DNA of 64,000 nucleotides from Candidatus Multivoradales bacterium (GTDB lineage Bacteria; Acidobacteriota; Thermoanaerobaculia; Multivoradales; J023). Position 1 is the first letter of the stretch. Each line of letters opens with the position of its first letter. Location: NCBI GenBank assembly GCA_965248925.1, contig CBDFLE010000005.1:1664001-1728000 (forward strand). Reading direction: 5' to 3'. Shown here one piece after another: positions 8,967-19,600 of the stretch. The position numbers and the translations under genes were made by a program. The notes under the pieces were generated by a model. That model searched no databases and was not told where the DNA came from. It was given only the letters and a program-made list of their open reading frames with translations.

Positions 8967-11429
8967 ATGACTCGAGACCGGTGGTTCGAAATAAAACCCC
9001 TGTTGGAAGAACTCCTCGACCTGGCGCCTGAGGGCCAGCGGAGCTTTCTTGAAAATCGCTGCGGCGACGATCTTGAGTTGCGGAATGAACTCGAGGACTA
9101 TCTCTCGATCGAGGATCACGAGCTTGAGTTTCTCGAGCAACCACTGATCGACCTGGTTGCCGGTCGGGACCCGCAACAGCGCGTCGGCGAGCGTATCGGC
9201 TCCTTCGAGCTCACTAGCGAGCTCGCCCGCGGTGGCATGGGCGTGGTTTACCGGGCCAAACGGGTTGAAGGCGGCTTCGAGCAGGATGTCGCCGTCAAGA
9301 TCCTCAAGCGGGGCTACGATACCGGCGACTTCATCCGCCGCGCGCGCCAGGAGCGGCGGATCCTGGCACGCCTCGATCACCCCCACATCGCTCGCCTGCT
9401 CGATGGCGGCGCTACCGAAGACGGCCTTCCCTACCTGGTGATGGAGCTGGTCGAAGGCGATGGGCTCGACCTCTACTGCACCGAACATACCCTCGACCTC
9501 GAGCAACGGCTGCAGCTCTTTCTCCAGATCTGCAAAGTAGTCCAGCTGGCGCACAGCAACCTGATCGTGCATTGCGATCTCAAGCCCTCGAACATCCTGG
9601 TGACGGCCGATGGCCAGCCCAAGTTGCTCGACTTCGGCATTGCCAAGGTGCTGCACGAGGATTTCGAGACCCGCACCCTCGCCCTGCGCCTGGGAACCCC
9701 GGGCTATGCCAGCCCCGAGCAGCTCGCCGGCGGAAACCTATCCACCGCCACCGATATCTACGCTCTAGGCGGCCTCTTGCACCTGCTGATCGCCGGCCAG
9801 ACACCTCGCCAACCGAAGGACCAGAACGACCGTCTGACCGGGCCTTTAGAGGCCCTTGATCGACGCATCGCCGAGAGCCCACAACAGAGTCCCGAGCTGG
9901 CTGCCTGGCGCGCTTCGCTGCGCACCGCCGCCGGTGACCTGGATGCGATCGTGCGCAAGGCGATGTCGTGGAGTCCCGGCTCACGTTACGGATCCGCCAG
10001 TGAGCTGGCCGATGATCTCCGAAGACACCTCGAACGGCGTCCGATCTCTGCCAAACCTTACAGCTGGTGGGAAGATCTCAAGCTGACCGCGCGCCGTCGC
10101 CGGCGAGAGCTGTGGATCGCTGCGGTGATTCTCGGGCTCCTCGGAAGCGCTGGAATGGTCGGTTTGCGGCTCTGGCTCGGAGCCCGCCTCAACGCCACCC
10201 GGGCCGAAGAATCGATCAGCGCTTACCTCGAGATCCTCGAGCTGGTCGATCCGGCGAGCGACGAGCCCAAGGCCGAAGCGATTCGCACCGCCTTGGCCAA
10301 GATCGAACGGGTCAAGACCCTAAGTGACCCGCTCGCCAGGGCGCTGCTCTCCGATCGCCTGGGCCGCTGGCTGTTGCACAACGAGTATTACGAGGATGCC
10401 CACCCCTTGCTCGAAGAGGCCCTGGAGCTGCGCCGGCGGCATCGACCTGGGGAGTGGGCACCGATCGCCGCCAGCTTCAACAACCTGGCACTCTGCGAGA
10501 AGAGAATGGGCAATCTGGAGCGCGCGGTGAAGTACTTCGCTCACAGTCGGGAACTCTACGATCAGCATCAGCACCAGGAGTCGTTCGATCGCGGCAACTA
10601 CCTCAATGTGCTGAACAACCTCGCCCGCGCCAGAGAAACGCTCGGCCAGCTCGCACAAGCAGAGACACTCGACCGGCAAGTTCTCCGTGGAATGATCGAA
10701 CACCACGGTGAAGACAGTCGCCAAGCAACGAAATCGCGCGCCAACCTGGGTCAGCTGCTGGTTCGTATGGGTCACTTAGTCGCAGCGGAGCCGCTGCTAC
10801 AGCGGGTGCTCGAACTCCGACTGCGAGATCTAGGAGCAGGCGCAGAGAAGACCGTGACGGCAAGGTCGCACCTGGCTACGCTGTGGCTCAACCGCGGCGA
10901 AACCGGCCCTTCCCTCGAGGCCTATCGTTCGATTCTCAGCCAGCGATCGAAAACCTACCCTGCGATCCATCCGAAAGTCGCCACCAGTCAAGCTGCCCTG
11001 GCCCGGGCCCTGCTCGAGCGGGGCCGACCGGCGGACCTCGAAGAAGCCGAGCAGCTCTGTCGCGAAGCGCTCACAACTTATCGGTTGCGGAACTTATCGA
11101 ACACCGAGAATGGCCTGTGGACCCAACGCCATCTGGCGGCGGTACGCCTGGCTAGGGGTGACGCTCGCGAAGCCGAAGAGATCGTGCGCTCGGTTCTCGA
11201 AGACGAAACCTGGACCGCGCGAGGCAGCTGGCGTGGTGCCGAGCTGCGGAGTCTCCTGGGCGCCTGCTTATTGGCTCGGGGTGCCTACCAGGAAGCGCGT
11301 CCCCTGCTGCAGGAGAGCTGGAACTTGATCACCGAGATCAAGGGTGAGACCTCCCTCGACAGCCGCACCGCTCTCAGTCGCTGGCAGCTCTGGCAAGCAG
11401 CCGCGGCTGGCCGTTCGGGCGGCTCGTAG
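8967..11429 (+). CDS. Membrane Hanks-type Ser/Thr protein kinase with C-terminal TPR repeats
   Basis: GGMGVVY, VAVK, HCDLKPSN, DFG, GTPGYASPE and DIYALG; one TM segment (LWIAAVILGLLGSAGMVGL); repeated NNLA/NLG TPR units. Confidence 0.95.
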   Translation: MTRDRWFEIKPLLEELLDLAPEGQRSFLENRCGDDLELRNELEDYLSIEDHELEFLEQPLIDLVAGRDPQQRVGERIGSFELTSELARGGMGVVYRAKRVEGGFEQDVAVKILKRGYDTGDFIRRARQERRILARLDHPHIARLLDGGATEDGLPYLVMELVEGDGLDLYCTEHTLDLEQRLQLFLQICKVVQLAHSNLIVHCDLKPSNILVTADGQPKLLDFGIAKVLHEDFETRTLALRLGTPGYASPEQLAGGNLSTATDIYALGGLLHLLIAGQTPRQPKDQNDRLTGPLEALDRRIAESPQQSPELAAWRASLRTAAGDLDAIVRKAMSWSPGSRYGSASELADDLRRHLERRPISAKPYSWWEDLKLTARRRRRELWIAAVILGLLGSAGMVGLRLWLGARLNATRAEESISAYLEILELVDPASDEPKAEAIRTALAKIERVKTLSDPLARALLSDRLGRWLLHNEYYEDAHPLLEEALELRRRHRPGEWAPIAASFNNLALCEKRMGNLERAVKYFAHSRELYDQHQHQESFDRGNYLNVLNNLARARETLGQLAQAETLDRQVLRGMIEHHGEDSRQATKSRANLGQLLVRMGHLVAAEPLLQRVLELRLRDLGAGAEKTVTARSHLATLWLNRGETGPSLEAYRSILSQRSKTYPAIHPKVATSQAALARALLERGRPADLEEAEQLCREALTTYRLRNLSNTENGLWTQRHLAAVRLARGDAREAEEIVRSVLEDETWTARGSWRGAELRSLLGACLLARGAYQEARPLLQESWNLITEIKGETSLDSRTALSRWQLWQAAAAGRSGGS

Positions 11430-12039
11430 CCCTCCTTGGTGCTTCCTTGACCCCTGCCCGGCCGGAACTGCGCTGAGCATAGGGAAGCGCCTCACAAAAA
11501 GGAGATCGAAAGGGATGGCGCTTCAAGGGCGACGTCCTTCCGGGCTCTGTGTAGGTCCTTTCTGAAGGGGGGCGGAGGGGCGCGCCCAATCCTTGGCACC
11601 GGGATTGTGTGCCGGTGCTCGTGCCTGCCAAGGCTTCCCTTCGACACCTCTCTCCTCGCGGACCCATCGCTCGATGGCCTTGACAGCCCCTGCGCGCCGA
11701 CAGGGCAGGGATATGCCGAGGGGATGGCCGAAAAAGGCTGGGGCTGAAGTCAGACTCCGTGGCTGCCGGCGGTACCAACCTGTTACGCCTCGTTGACGCC
11801 TCGTTGACGCCTCGCCGGCAGAAGGTGCCAGAGCACAGACTCCGATCGACCCACGCCAAACCCAGATGGACCGCGGCCGTTCAAGCTACCCCAAGCGCCG
11901 AGCACCCGCTTCTGTTGCATCTGTGAGACTGGCCAGTGAACTTCCATAGACTCGATCCCTCAGCGCTAAGACGACCCGTTCGACGCCATCTGCAGAAGCT
12001 ACGAGACCCGCCGCAAGAACGACTGCTTTACACCAAACA

Positions 12040-12362
12040 CTAGCGGCTCTGCTGAGCCGCCAACAATGCCGTCGTGACACACCGCCTGATACGCCCGTAG
12101 TGGTAACCCCTGCGGGCATCGCTGCGGTCGTAGCAAGAGCAACCCAGGGCCTCCTCAAGCTCTTCTTCAAGTACTACGTGAAGTGCTTCGCGGATCCAAG
12201 ATTGAAGCAAGGAGTTCAGATCGCGACGAAACGCGAGGACCGGGTCGCCGCTCGTAGTAGCTTCCTGCATGGCGTAGCCTCCTTTCGCCGTCGTGGCGAA
12301 GTCTCTCTCTGAGCCGAAGTTACGCCCTTTCTGCATTTTCTACAGGACTCGGGACAGGTCCT
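12040..12362 (-). mobile_element. IS256-family remnant (left end plus truncated transposase N-terminus)
   Basis: AGGAGG plus ATG 12270 gives IREALHVVLEEELEEALG...YDRSDARRGYHYG, matching the IS256 transposase N-terminus, but it stops after ~76 aa. The upstream end GACCTGTCCCGAGTCCTGTAG resembles an IS256 terminus. Confidence 0.6.
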
Positions 12363-12623
12363 CATTTGGAAGATAGTCACCGAAGTTCTCAAATGAATGA
12401 CCACGACAATGACCCGTATTAACGGCTGTTTCCGCTTCAATATCTGTATGGCCCTTCACCAGCGAGTAGCGATGTGAACAAACTGGGGGATGAGTGACCA
12501 GACTGCGTGACAGGCCGTTGAGGTGCCAAGGTGTCGACCATGAAGACAGCTCTGGTCTGTGATCTCTACTGCTCCCGGATGGCCAATATCGAGAGCTGGC
12601 CATTCGTCTTTGGAGCGCAGGGT

Positions 12624-13865
12624 ATGAGCGACGCCCGGCCAGAGGTTCTTCCACCGACTTCGATTCTGCTGATGGTCAGCATCGGCCTCATGGTTCTCGC
12701 GCTCGTGCTGTGGAGCCTGAGGGCCCGCTGGTTCTCGATTCTCCTGCGTGACCGCTTGGCGATGAACGTCTGCATGGCATTCGCCGGAAGCATCTTCATC
12801 ATTACTTTACTGACCCACTATTTCGAAACTGCCGAGAACCAGAACTTCACCAATTTCTACGAGTCCTTTTGGTCGATCACAGTCTTTATCTTCAGCGGGC
12901 TCGAAGATCGAGGCCCACAAACGCCAGGCGGACGGTTCAGCGCCACCCTCGGGTTGTTGCTCGGCCCCCTCTTCTTCGCCTTCATTACCGGCTGGCTGGC
13001 CAAAATACTGATCTTTTCGGAGAAACGCATGCCGCAGCATCTGCGAGACCACTACTTGATCCTCAACTGGAACTCCCGGGCCATTGACATCGCTCGCCAG
13101 TTGCACCATCCGTTGATCAAGGCGCGCGAAGGCAATGTGGTAATTGTGGTGCTTACAGATGACGAGAGTCTGAGCGTGAAACAGCTCAAGGAGGCTGGCA
13201 CCGGCTCTGATAAAGTCTTTGAAGATTTTTACCTCTGCGTCGGCGATCCAACCAAGGAGCACGCACTGCGCAATGCCAATGCCCACGATGCTAGAACGGT
13301 GCTAATCCTCGCCGATGAGCGCGCCGACTCTCATGCTGATGAGAACACAATCCGCTCCGTGGTCATGCTGCGCCGCCTCGCACGCCAGCAAAGGCTCGAC
13401 TCGATGCATGTGGTGGCGGAGCTGATCAATCCGGACAATGTAGAGGTACTCAACGAGGTGGGAAAGAACTTTCCGGGTCTTCTGGAACAAATCTCCGGTC
13501 TGCAAATTCGTACCTGCCTGATGGCCCAGGCGGCGCTCAATCCGGGAGCCATCGACTTCTATTCCGACTTGCTGCAGGTGACCAGTGACACCAACGAGGT
13601 CTACGTGCGACCGATTCCGGAATCGGTGGTTGGCACCAGCTTTCGCGACTTCGGCGCACTGATTTTGAGTGTTAGCACCAGTCAGCCGATGATCGCCGTC
13701 GGTGTCCAGCGAAGAACCAGCGGCAGAGCCAGAATTTTCTGCAACCCCCGCGACGGTGAGCCCGGAGCTGTACTGGGTCCGAACGACCAGATGGTGCTGC
13801 TCGCCTACGAACCGCCGCCGCAGGATGTTCTGCTGCAGCTTGCCAGTGGCGCCGACCATGGCTGA
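12624..13865 (+). CDS. Ion-channel protein: TM-pore-TM plus RCK/TrkA-N domain, non-canonical filter
   Basis: GGAG plus ATG 12624; pore helix FYESFWSITVFIFSGLEDRGPQTPGGR; RCK motifs HYLILNWN, GDPTKEHALRNANAHDARTVLILAD and HVVAEL. Confidence 0.85.
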   Translation: MSDARPEVLPPTSILLMVSIGLMVLALVLWSLRARWFSILLRDRLAMNVCMAFAGSIFIITLLTHYFETAENQNFTNFYESFWSITVFIFSGLEDRGPQTPGGRFSATLGLLLGPLFFAFITGWLAKILIFSEKRMPQHLRDHYLILNWNSRAIDIARQLHHPLIKAREGNVVIVVLTDDESLSVKQLKEAGTGSDKVFEDFYLCVGDPTKEHALRNANAHDARTVLILADERADSHADENTIRSVVMLRRLARQQRLDSMHVVAELINPDNVEVLNEVGKNFPGLLEQISGLQIRTCLMAQAALNPGAIDFYSDLLQVTSDTNEVYVRPIPESVVGTSFRDFGALILSVSTSQPMIAVGVQRRTSGRARIFCNPRDGEPGAVLGPNDQMVLLAYEPPPQDVLLQLASGADHG

Positions 13866-16614
13866 AGCGCTCGGCAGGCGCCGGCGTCGAATTGCCGAGC
13901 TGGCTTGGCTGGTCTTGCTGACTACGGTCCTCGGCTCCCTCCCCCTGCAAGCCCAGGGTCCAGGATTGCTGCAACCCCGCGAGGCCCAATTCGTATTCGT
14001 AGTCGACGATTCCGGGAGCATGTCCTTAGCAAAGTACGGACGAAATGATCCTGATCGACTGGCAGTATTCGCGGTGCGGGCATTGCTAGGGGTGCTCGAC
14101 GATAGGGACTGGGCAAGTATTGTCCGCCTCAATGGCCCCCGGGAGAACGAGCAATCTCCACCCCTGGCTCCCCTGGACCCGAATCACCGGCAGCGCTTGA
14201 AGAAGGTTCTCGACCTGGGCGGCAGCTTGGCGGCTTATCGCGGCCAGGTAACTCCGTGCCGGAGCGCGTTGGAGGATGCCAGGGAGCTTCTCGATGGGGC
14301 AGATCGAGCCAACACCTCGCAGGTTCTCATCTTCCTCAGCGATGGCCGGTGCACGCCGGGTGACGAAGAGCAAGTCGGCGGATTCCTCGATGGTCTGCGA
14401 TCCAATGAGGCTAGCGGCGGGCGATTTCAGTTCTATTTGTTGCGCTTTCAGGGAACGCAGCCAGCCCCCGAGCTGGAGCGCTTGGCGAAACTCACCGGCG
14501 GCGCCACTATCGAACTTAGAAGAGGCGACCCAACGAGGATTCTGCACGCCTTCGCACAAGCTCTGTCGCGCTCACAGGGCTACGAATCACAGATTCTCAA
14601 TGCCAGCAACTCCCTACTTCCGGCCCATCGTGGCGCACGTCGAGTAAGGCTGCTTGCGGTAGTCCCCGGAGAGGCCACTGAAGCGCTGGAAATTCGCCTC
14701 GCCGACCTCCAGGGCAATCCTATTAGAGTAACCACTATCGATCAGGCGCCGCATCATTACCTACCCGGAGGCCGAGAGTATCGCTTCGTGTCAGCTGAGT
14801 ACCGCCCCACCGGCGAGCCAGCTCGAGTTCAGGTCTTCGGCGCCGGTGACGCTTGGGACCTGGTCGCTCTGCCAGAGTATCGACTGAGAACAACCTTGGA
14901 TCTGCATCGGGGCCGCTGCGGTGCTAGCGGCCGACTTCTCGAGAGCAACACTCTGACCGCCGGGACCGATCTCTGTGCCGTCATCCGGCTGGTCAATTCT
15001 CGCAACCAAGCGGTGGGGCAAGATGTCACCCAAGGGAAACTCCGCGGAGTTCTCGAGATCTCTTCACCCCAACAGGGACCGCCCGTCGAGGTGAGCGCCA
15101 CCCCTTCCGATACCCGCGAGACTCGATTCGAACTCGACCTGCAAGCGCTAACAGAGGGCTACCACGCCCTCAGGGCAGCGGTGTACTTGTCTCCATCGGA
15201 CGGCGGCGAGCCCCGCACCCTACCGGCTCGCCCGCGCACTTTGCAGGCAGTCGACAGGGCGATCGAGGCGACACCAGGCGCGGTCGCGTTTGGCCAGGTA
15301 TTTCCAGGGCATGAGAGCACCGTGATGATGTCGCTAGCGGGTCGTTTTTCTGAGTCAGAAGCTCAGCTTGAGGTTCGCCGAGCCGACAAGGTCCCGACCT
15401 GCATCAACTTGAGCTTCGCCGGCCAACCGCTTGGCGTGCCTATACGGGTGCTCCCCAACCAGAAGTATCCGCTGGTCCTGCGGGTAGCCGAGAGCTGCGC
15501 TGAGGAGGAAGTCGCACCGTTCAGCTCGCAGTTGGTGGTGCGGATTCCCGAGTTACCGGCAGGTGGAGAGCTGACGGTGCCACTCACCTGGCGTCTCGAC
15601 AGCACGGTCCACCTCGGCAATGTCTTGAATCTAAGACTCAATGCCGGCGAGCTGAAGCAGGGTGAAGTGCCAGCACCGGTCGGGCTGGAAAGAGGCGACT
15701 ATCGGGCCCGCCTCGAGATAGTCCAGCCGCCGGGTGGCAAGCGATCTCAGAGCTTGCTCCTCGGTTTCCGTGGCGGGCGCCGAGAAGCGTCTACGCTGCT
15801 CGGAGAAGACGGAAAACCGCGCCTGAAAATGCCCGCCCCCTTTGGACCAGAAGACCCTATTCGACTACTGGCCCAAGCACGTCCGTGCTGCGGCGGCGGG
15901 CTCTACCACAGTCGCCTGCGGTTGACGCCGGTGGACGGTGGCCAAGCCCACGCGGTACCGATCGAAATCCTGGTCTCTGACGATTGGTGGGCCTGCTACC
16001 GCTCCTGGGTGTTGGCCGGCCTGCTCGGGTTGGTCGTGGCACTCGTTGTCTACTATGTTCTGAGCATGTTCACTCACAGTAGCTTCCTCAAACGCGAACA
16101 ACTGATGACCTCCCTACTGCCGCTGCGCTGGCCAGAGTATGGCGGCAAGCCACAGCCAGCGGCGCGCCGCCGGGGAGACAGGGAAGTGGTCGAGGACATG
16201 ATTCTGATGGATTTTCGTTGGCATCATCGAGCGCTCAACTGGCTTCAAGCCAATCCGCTGGCCTTCGGCCTACCCGGCAAGCGCTACCGCGAGACCCTCG
16301 AACTACAACTGAGCCAGCAGCTAGACGGCTCCACGGTCGAGCTAGTGCCCGAACGCGACGTGGTTGGGAGATTGACAAAAGTCAAGAACATCGAGAAGTG
16401 GGAGCAAGGCAGACTATTCCTTCTCACCGAAGGCGGGGTCGCCTTCTATGCCGTGCGCGGCGAGGAGGGCACCCTCGGCGTTCTCAAGCCCGAAGGTTGG
16501 AGCGGCAGAGGGGACCTCAAGATCGAGCGGATGAAAAAAGGACATCGGTTGATTCACAGAGACGCAAATCAGGAACACCAGGCCAGAGGGGTCGCCGGAT
16601 GGGTGCTCGGCTAG
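13858..16614 (+). CDS. Surface-exposed von Willebrand factor A domain protein with C-terminal TM anchor and cytoplasmic tail
   Basis: ATG 13858 overlaps the upstream stop; signal peptide ending ...LPLQAQ; MIDAS motifs FVVDDSGSM, TP and IFLSDG; beta-rich middle region; TM WVLAGLLGLVVALVVYYVL. Confidence 0.88.
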   Translation: MAEALGRRRRRIAELAWLVLLTTVLGSLPLQAQGPGLLQPREAQFVFVVDDSGSMSLAKYGRNDPDRLAVFAVRALLGVLDDRDWASIVRLNGPRENEQSPPLAPLDPNHRQRLKKVLDLGGSLAAYRGQVTPCRSALEDARELLDGADRANTSQVLIFLSDGRCTPGDEEQVGGFLDGLRSNEASGGRFQFYLLRFQGTQPAPELERLAKLTGGATIELRRGDPTRILHAFAQALSRSQGYESQILNASNSLLPAHRGARRVRLLAVVPGEATEALEIRLADLQGNPIRVTTIDQAPHHYLPGGREYRFVSAEYRPTGEPARVQVFGAGDAWDLVALPEYRLRTTLDLHRGRCGASGRLLESNTLTAGTDLCAVIRLVNSRNQAVGQDVTQGKLRGVLEISSPQQGPPVEVSATPSDTRETRFELDLQALTEGYHALRAAVYLSPSDGGEPRTLPARPRTLQAVDRAIEATPGAVAFGQVFPGHESTVMMSLAGRFSESEAQLEVRRADKVPTCINLSFAGQPLGVPIRVLPNQKYPLVLRVAESCAEEEVAPFSSQLVVRIPELPAGGELTVPLTWRLDSTVHLGNVLNLRLNAGELKQGEVPAPVGLERGDYRARLEIVQPPGGKRSQSLLLGFRGGRREASTLLGEDGKPRLKMPAPFGPEDPIRLLAQARPCCGGGLYHSRLRLTPVDGGQAHAVPIEILVSDDWWACYRSWVLAGLLGLVVALVVYYVLSMFTHSSFLKREQLMTSLLPLRWPEYGGKPQPAARRRGDREVVEDMILMDFRWHHRALNWLQANPLAFGLPGKRYRETLELQLSQQLDGSTVELVPERDVVGRLTKVKNIEKWEQGRLFLLTEGGVAFYAVRGEEGTLGVLKPEGWSGRGDLKIERMKKGHRLIHRDANQEHQARGVAGWVLG

Positions 16615-16659
16615 GCATCCCATGAACAAGCCTATTTCACGAAATAGAGAGGTTGTGCT

Positions 16660-19600
16660 ATGGCTAGGAATCGTAAATTGATCGTCGACGAGTTATTGAC
16701 CAAACCGAGCGGTGTTTGCCCGATGCTGTTCGTCGGACTAGGAGGGGCCGGTTGTCAAATAGTCGACCGGGTGGCCACGCACCTTCGCCGCAGGTCGGAT
16801 TTCGGCGAGCGCTACCAGGATTTGATCAAGTTCGCAATGGTCGACTCCAACGTCAACGACCTCGAAGGATATCGAGAGGTAGCAGACGCCACCTTTCTTA
16901 TCAGTGACTTCGAGAAAGAGGAGTACGCAAATCTGGCCTCAGGCAAGAGCTTTCTCGAGCCCGACACCTACTTCACCCAGTGGGTTCCGCCCGACTACCG
17001 CTTTCGTTCCGGAGATACCTCCGGCGCTGGTCAGATCAGGATCGAGTCACGCCTTGGGATCTACTACCAAATGAAGCATAGGGATTTCGTACAACGATTC
17101 CGACGGCTATTGGAGGATCTCAAGTCGCACGAGCACGGCCATCGTAAGCTCGACTCCAACGAAATCCGTATCGTTCTGTGCTACTCGATTGCCGGCGGCA
17201 CCGGCTCCGGCTGCCATCTCCCCCTGGCATACATGCTGCGAGATCAGGCGGCTGAGCTGGGACAGCCGGCGATCATTGGAGTAGCAGTCCTGCCGGCGGT
17301 TTTCGAGGACAAAGTGGGAGTCAACAAAGATGGCATCTTCGCCAACGGCTATGCCGCTCTGAAAGAAACCGAGCACCTGATGAAGCTAGGGGCACCTGAC
17401 TCACGGTTCTTTCCCAAAGACGGCCTCCCCTTACACTACAACCCTGCCGACTCGTCAAAGAAGATCGTCTCCGAACGCCCATTTGATTTTCTTTACTTGA
17501 TCGACAAGCCGGAGTCGTTCAGCGTTCCCGAACCAGTCGACGCCGCCGCCGACGGTCTTTACCTACAGTTTTTCTCACCCCTTTACGGCGCCCAACAGTC
17601 GGACTACGACAATTACACGCAGTACCAGCGCTTCCTTGTCCCGGAGGACTTCGAGGAGCGAGGCATCGTCGGCTTCTCCACCTTCTATGGTTCCTTTGGT
17701 TGCGCCGTCCTTCTCGTCCCGGTTCAGGGACTGGTGGAGTACTGCAGCCAGGCGGCGGCCCTGTCTCTAATCCGCGCCAGTTTTCTCGGTGAGATCCCCG
17801 GCGATCCCAACTACGAGATTCTACGTATTGATCCGGACCCATTCTACGAAGTCCGCGAGAGCGACGAGGAAGAAGCGCAGGTCGTCCGGGCCGCTGAGAT
17901 CGCCAATCAGCCCCAGAAACACCGCCGAGATCTGCTTTTCGACAAGCTCTTTTGCAAACGAGTGCGACTGCTGGCAGCCTGCGAGTATCAGGCGGAGAAA
18001 GACGGCCGCTTCCGTGGCATATTCCGCCACGGGCACTTCCTGGGCTCAATCCCCAAGACCAACGGCAACGTGGTTTACGACCCCGAGATCTATGGCGATG
18101 AGGAACGCCGCGAGCGCGACATAGTCGGCGGCAAGCTCAGAGTCTCAATCGGCGGAATCGTGCTGCCGGCACTGGTCGGATTGCCGAATGAAGACCCGGG
18201 CCTGCTCAATCAGGCGCAGCAAGCAATCCAGACCTTCAAGCCACCCAAGCCACGCCGCGAAATGCGAGTGACACAGCTCAGAGGGCGCGCCGCGGGGTGG
18301 CGCGACGACTTCAAGCGCGAGGGCTTGCGGCGGCTCCGCGAAGGCTACAACGAGGGTGCGGTCCGGGTACCAGGCATGGACCAGATGGTGGAGCTCGAGT
18401 TCCTCCGCCGCGAGGCCGGTGAAGTCGAACTCACCGCCAAGCGGTACGCCGTACTCGCGATCCTCGACGCTGTCGATTGGCACCAGCAACCGCCGGACGA
18501 CCTGGACGAAAGCTTCGACATCCCAAATAAGAAAGCCAAGATCAAGCCCGACGATGAGCTCATCGAGAACATCATCTCCCAAGCCCGGGATATGGCCTTT
18601 CAGGAAGTTCGCAGGGAATTCCTTGGCCGTCTCGGCGAACTTCGCAAAGCCCTCGATGGCTACGCCACGGAGATGCGCGACCTGGAGCGCGGCTCAACCC
18701 ATCTAGCGCGCGAATACAGCCGCAAGCTGGAACGCTTGCAAGACCACGGCGAGGAGTCCGCAAACCAGTATGTGCTCGACGCAGAAGCGCTGCAGGGCGA
18801 AGACAATCGCCGCTTCTGGGACTTTTACTTCGAAGACAAGATCGCCACGCTGCCCGAGTTCTCGCTGAGCAACAGGCGGGTGCAGCAGATTCTCAGTGAC
18901 ATGGTCATCGTGCTCTCCCAACGAGGGGACCGTGGCACTAGCACCTCAAGGCTGGAAAAGCTCTTCTCAGCGCTGCGCCAATACGCCCACGATCTATTGG
19001 AAAAGCGCATCGGCGGCGATCCGCACTCTCCAGACGAAGCACTGCGCGAGGGGCTCACTCTTTCCGACGCCCTCGAGCTTGAGATCATCTACCGGGCACT
19101 CTATCGCAGCCATGTCGAGGCGGTACGGGGCAAGGGCGAGAAAGTTGTCCGAGAAATTCTGTCCGAATACCGGGCGCTACCCAAAGAGCGTCAGGTCAAC
19201 TTTGGAGACCTCCATCACCAGGACTATCTACGTGACAAGATCCGCCGTGTAGTCCGTGAGAAGGCTTCGCTACTCTGCGTCTACGACCGTTCCAAAGATC
19301 AGCATGGAGGAGTGCGTCCGGACCATGTCTTTCTTGGCGCCATCGACGCCAATTTCAAGAACAGCAACATCGCGGATGCTCTGCGCGGCGCCGATATCGC
19401 CGACCTGAAGTGGGTATCGGGCAGCTGGCACAACGCCAAAGAGATCATCTTCTACAGCGCGGTGCTCAACGTGCCGCTCTACACCTTCGGTCGACTCGAC
19501 AGGATGAAGCACTTCTATGACAGCTTCCGCGGCCAGAAGCGGCGCTCGAAGGCACTGCACATCGATCAGAATTGGGAAGGTGAAAAGCTGCACGATCTTG

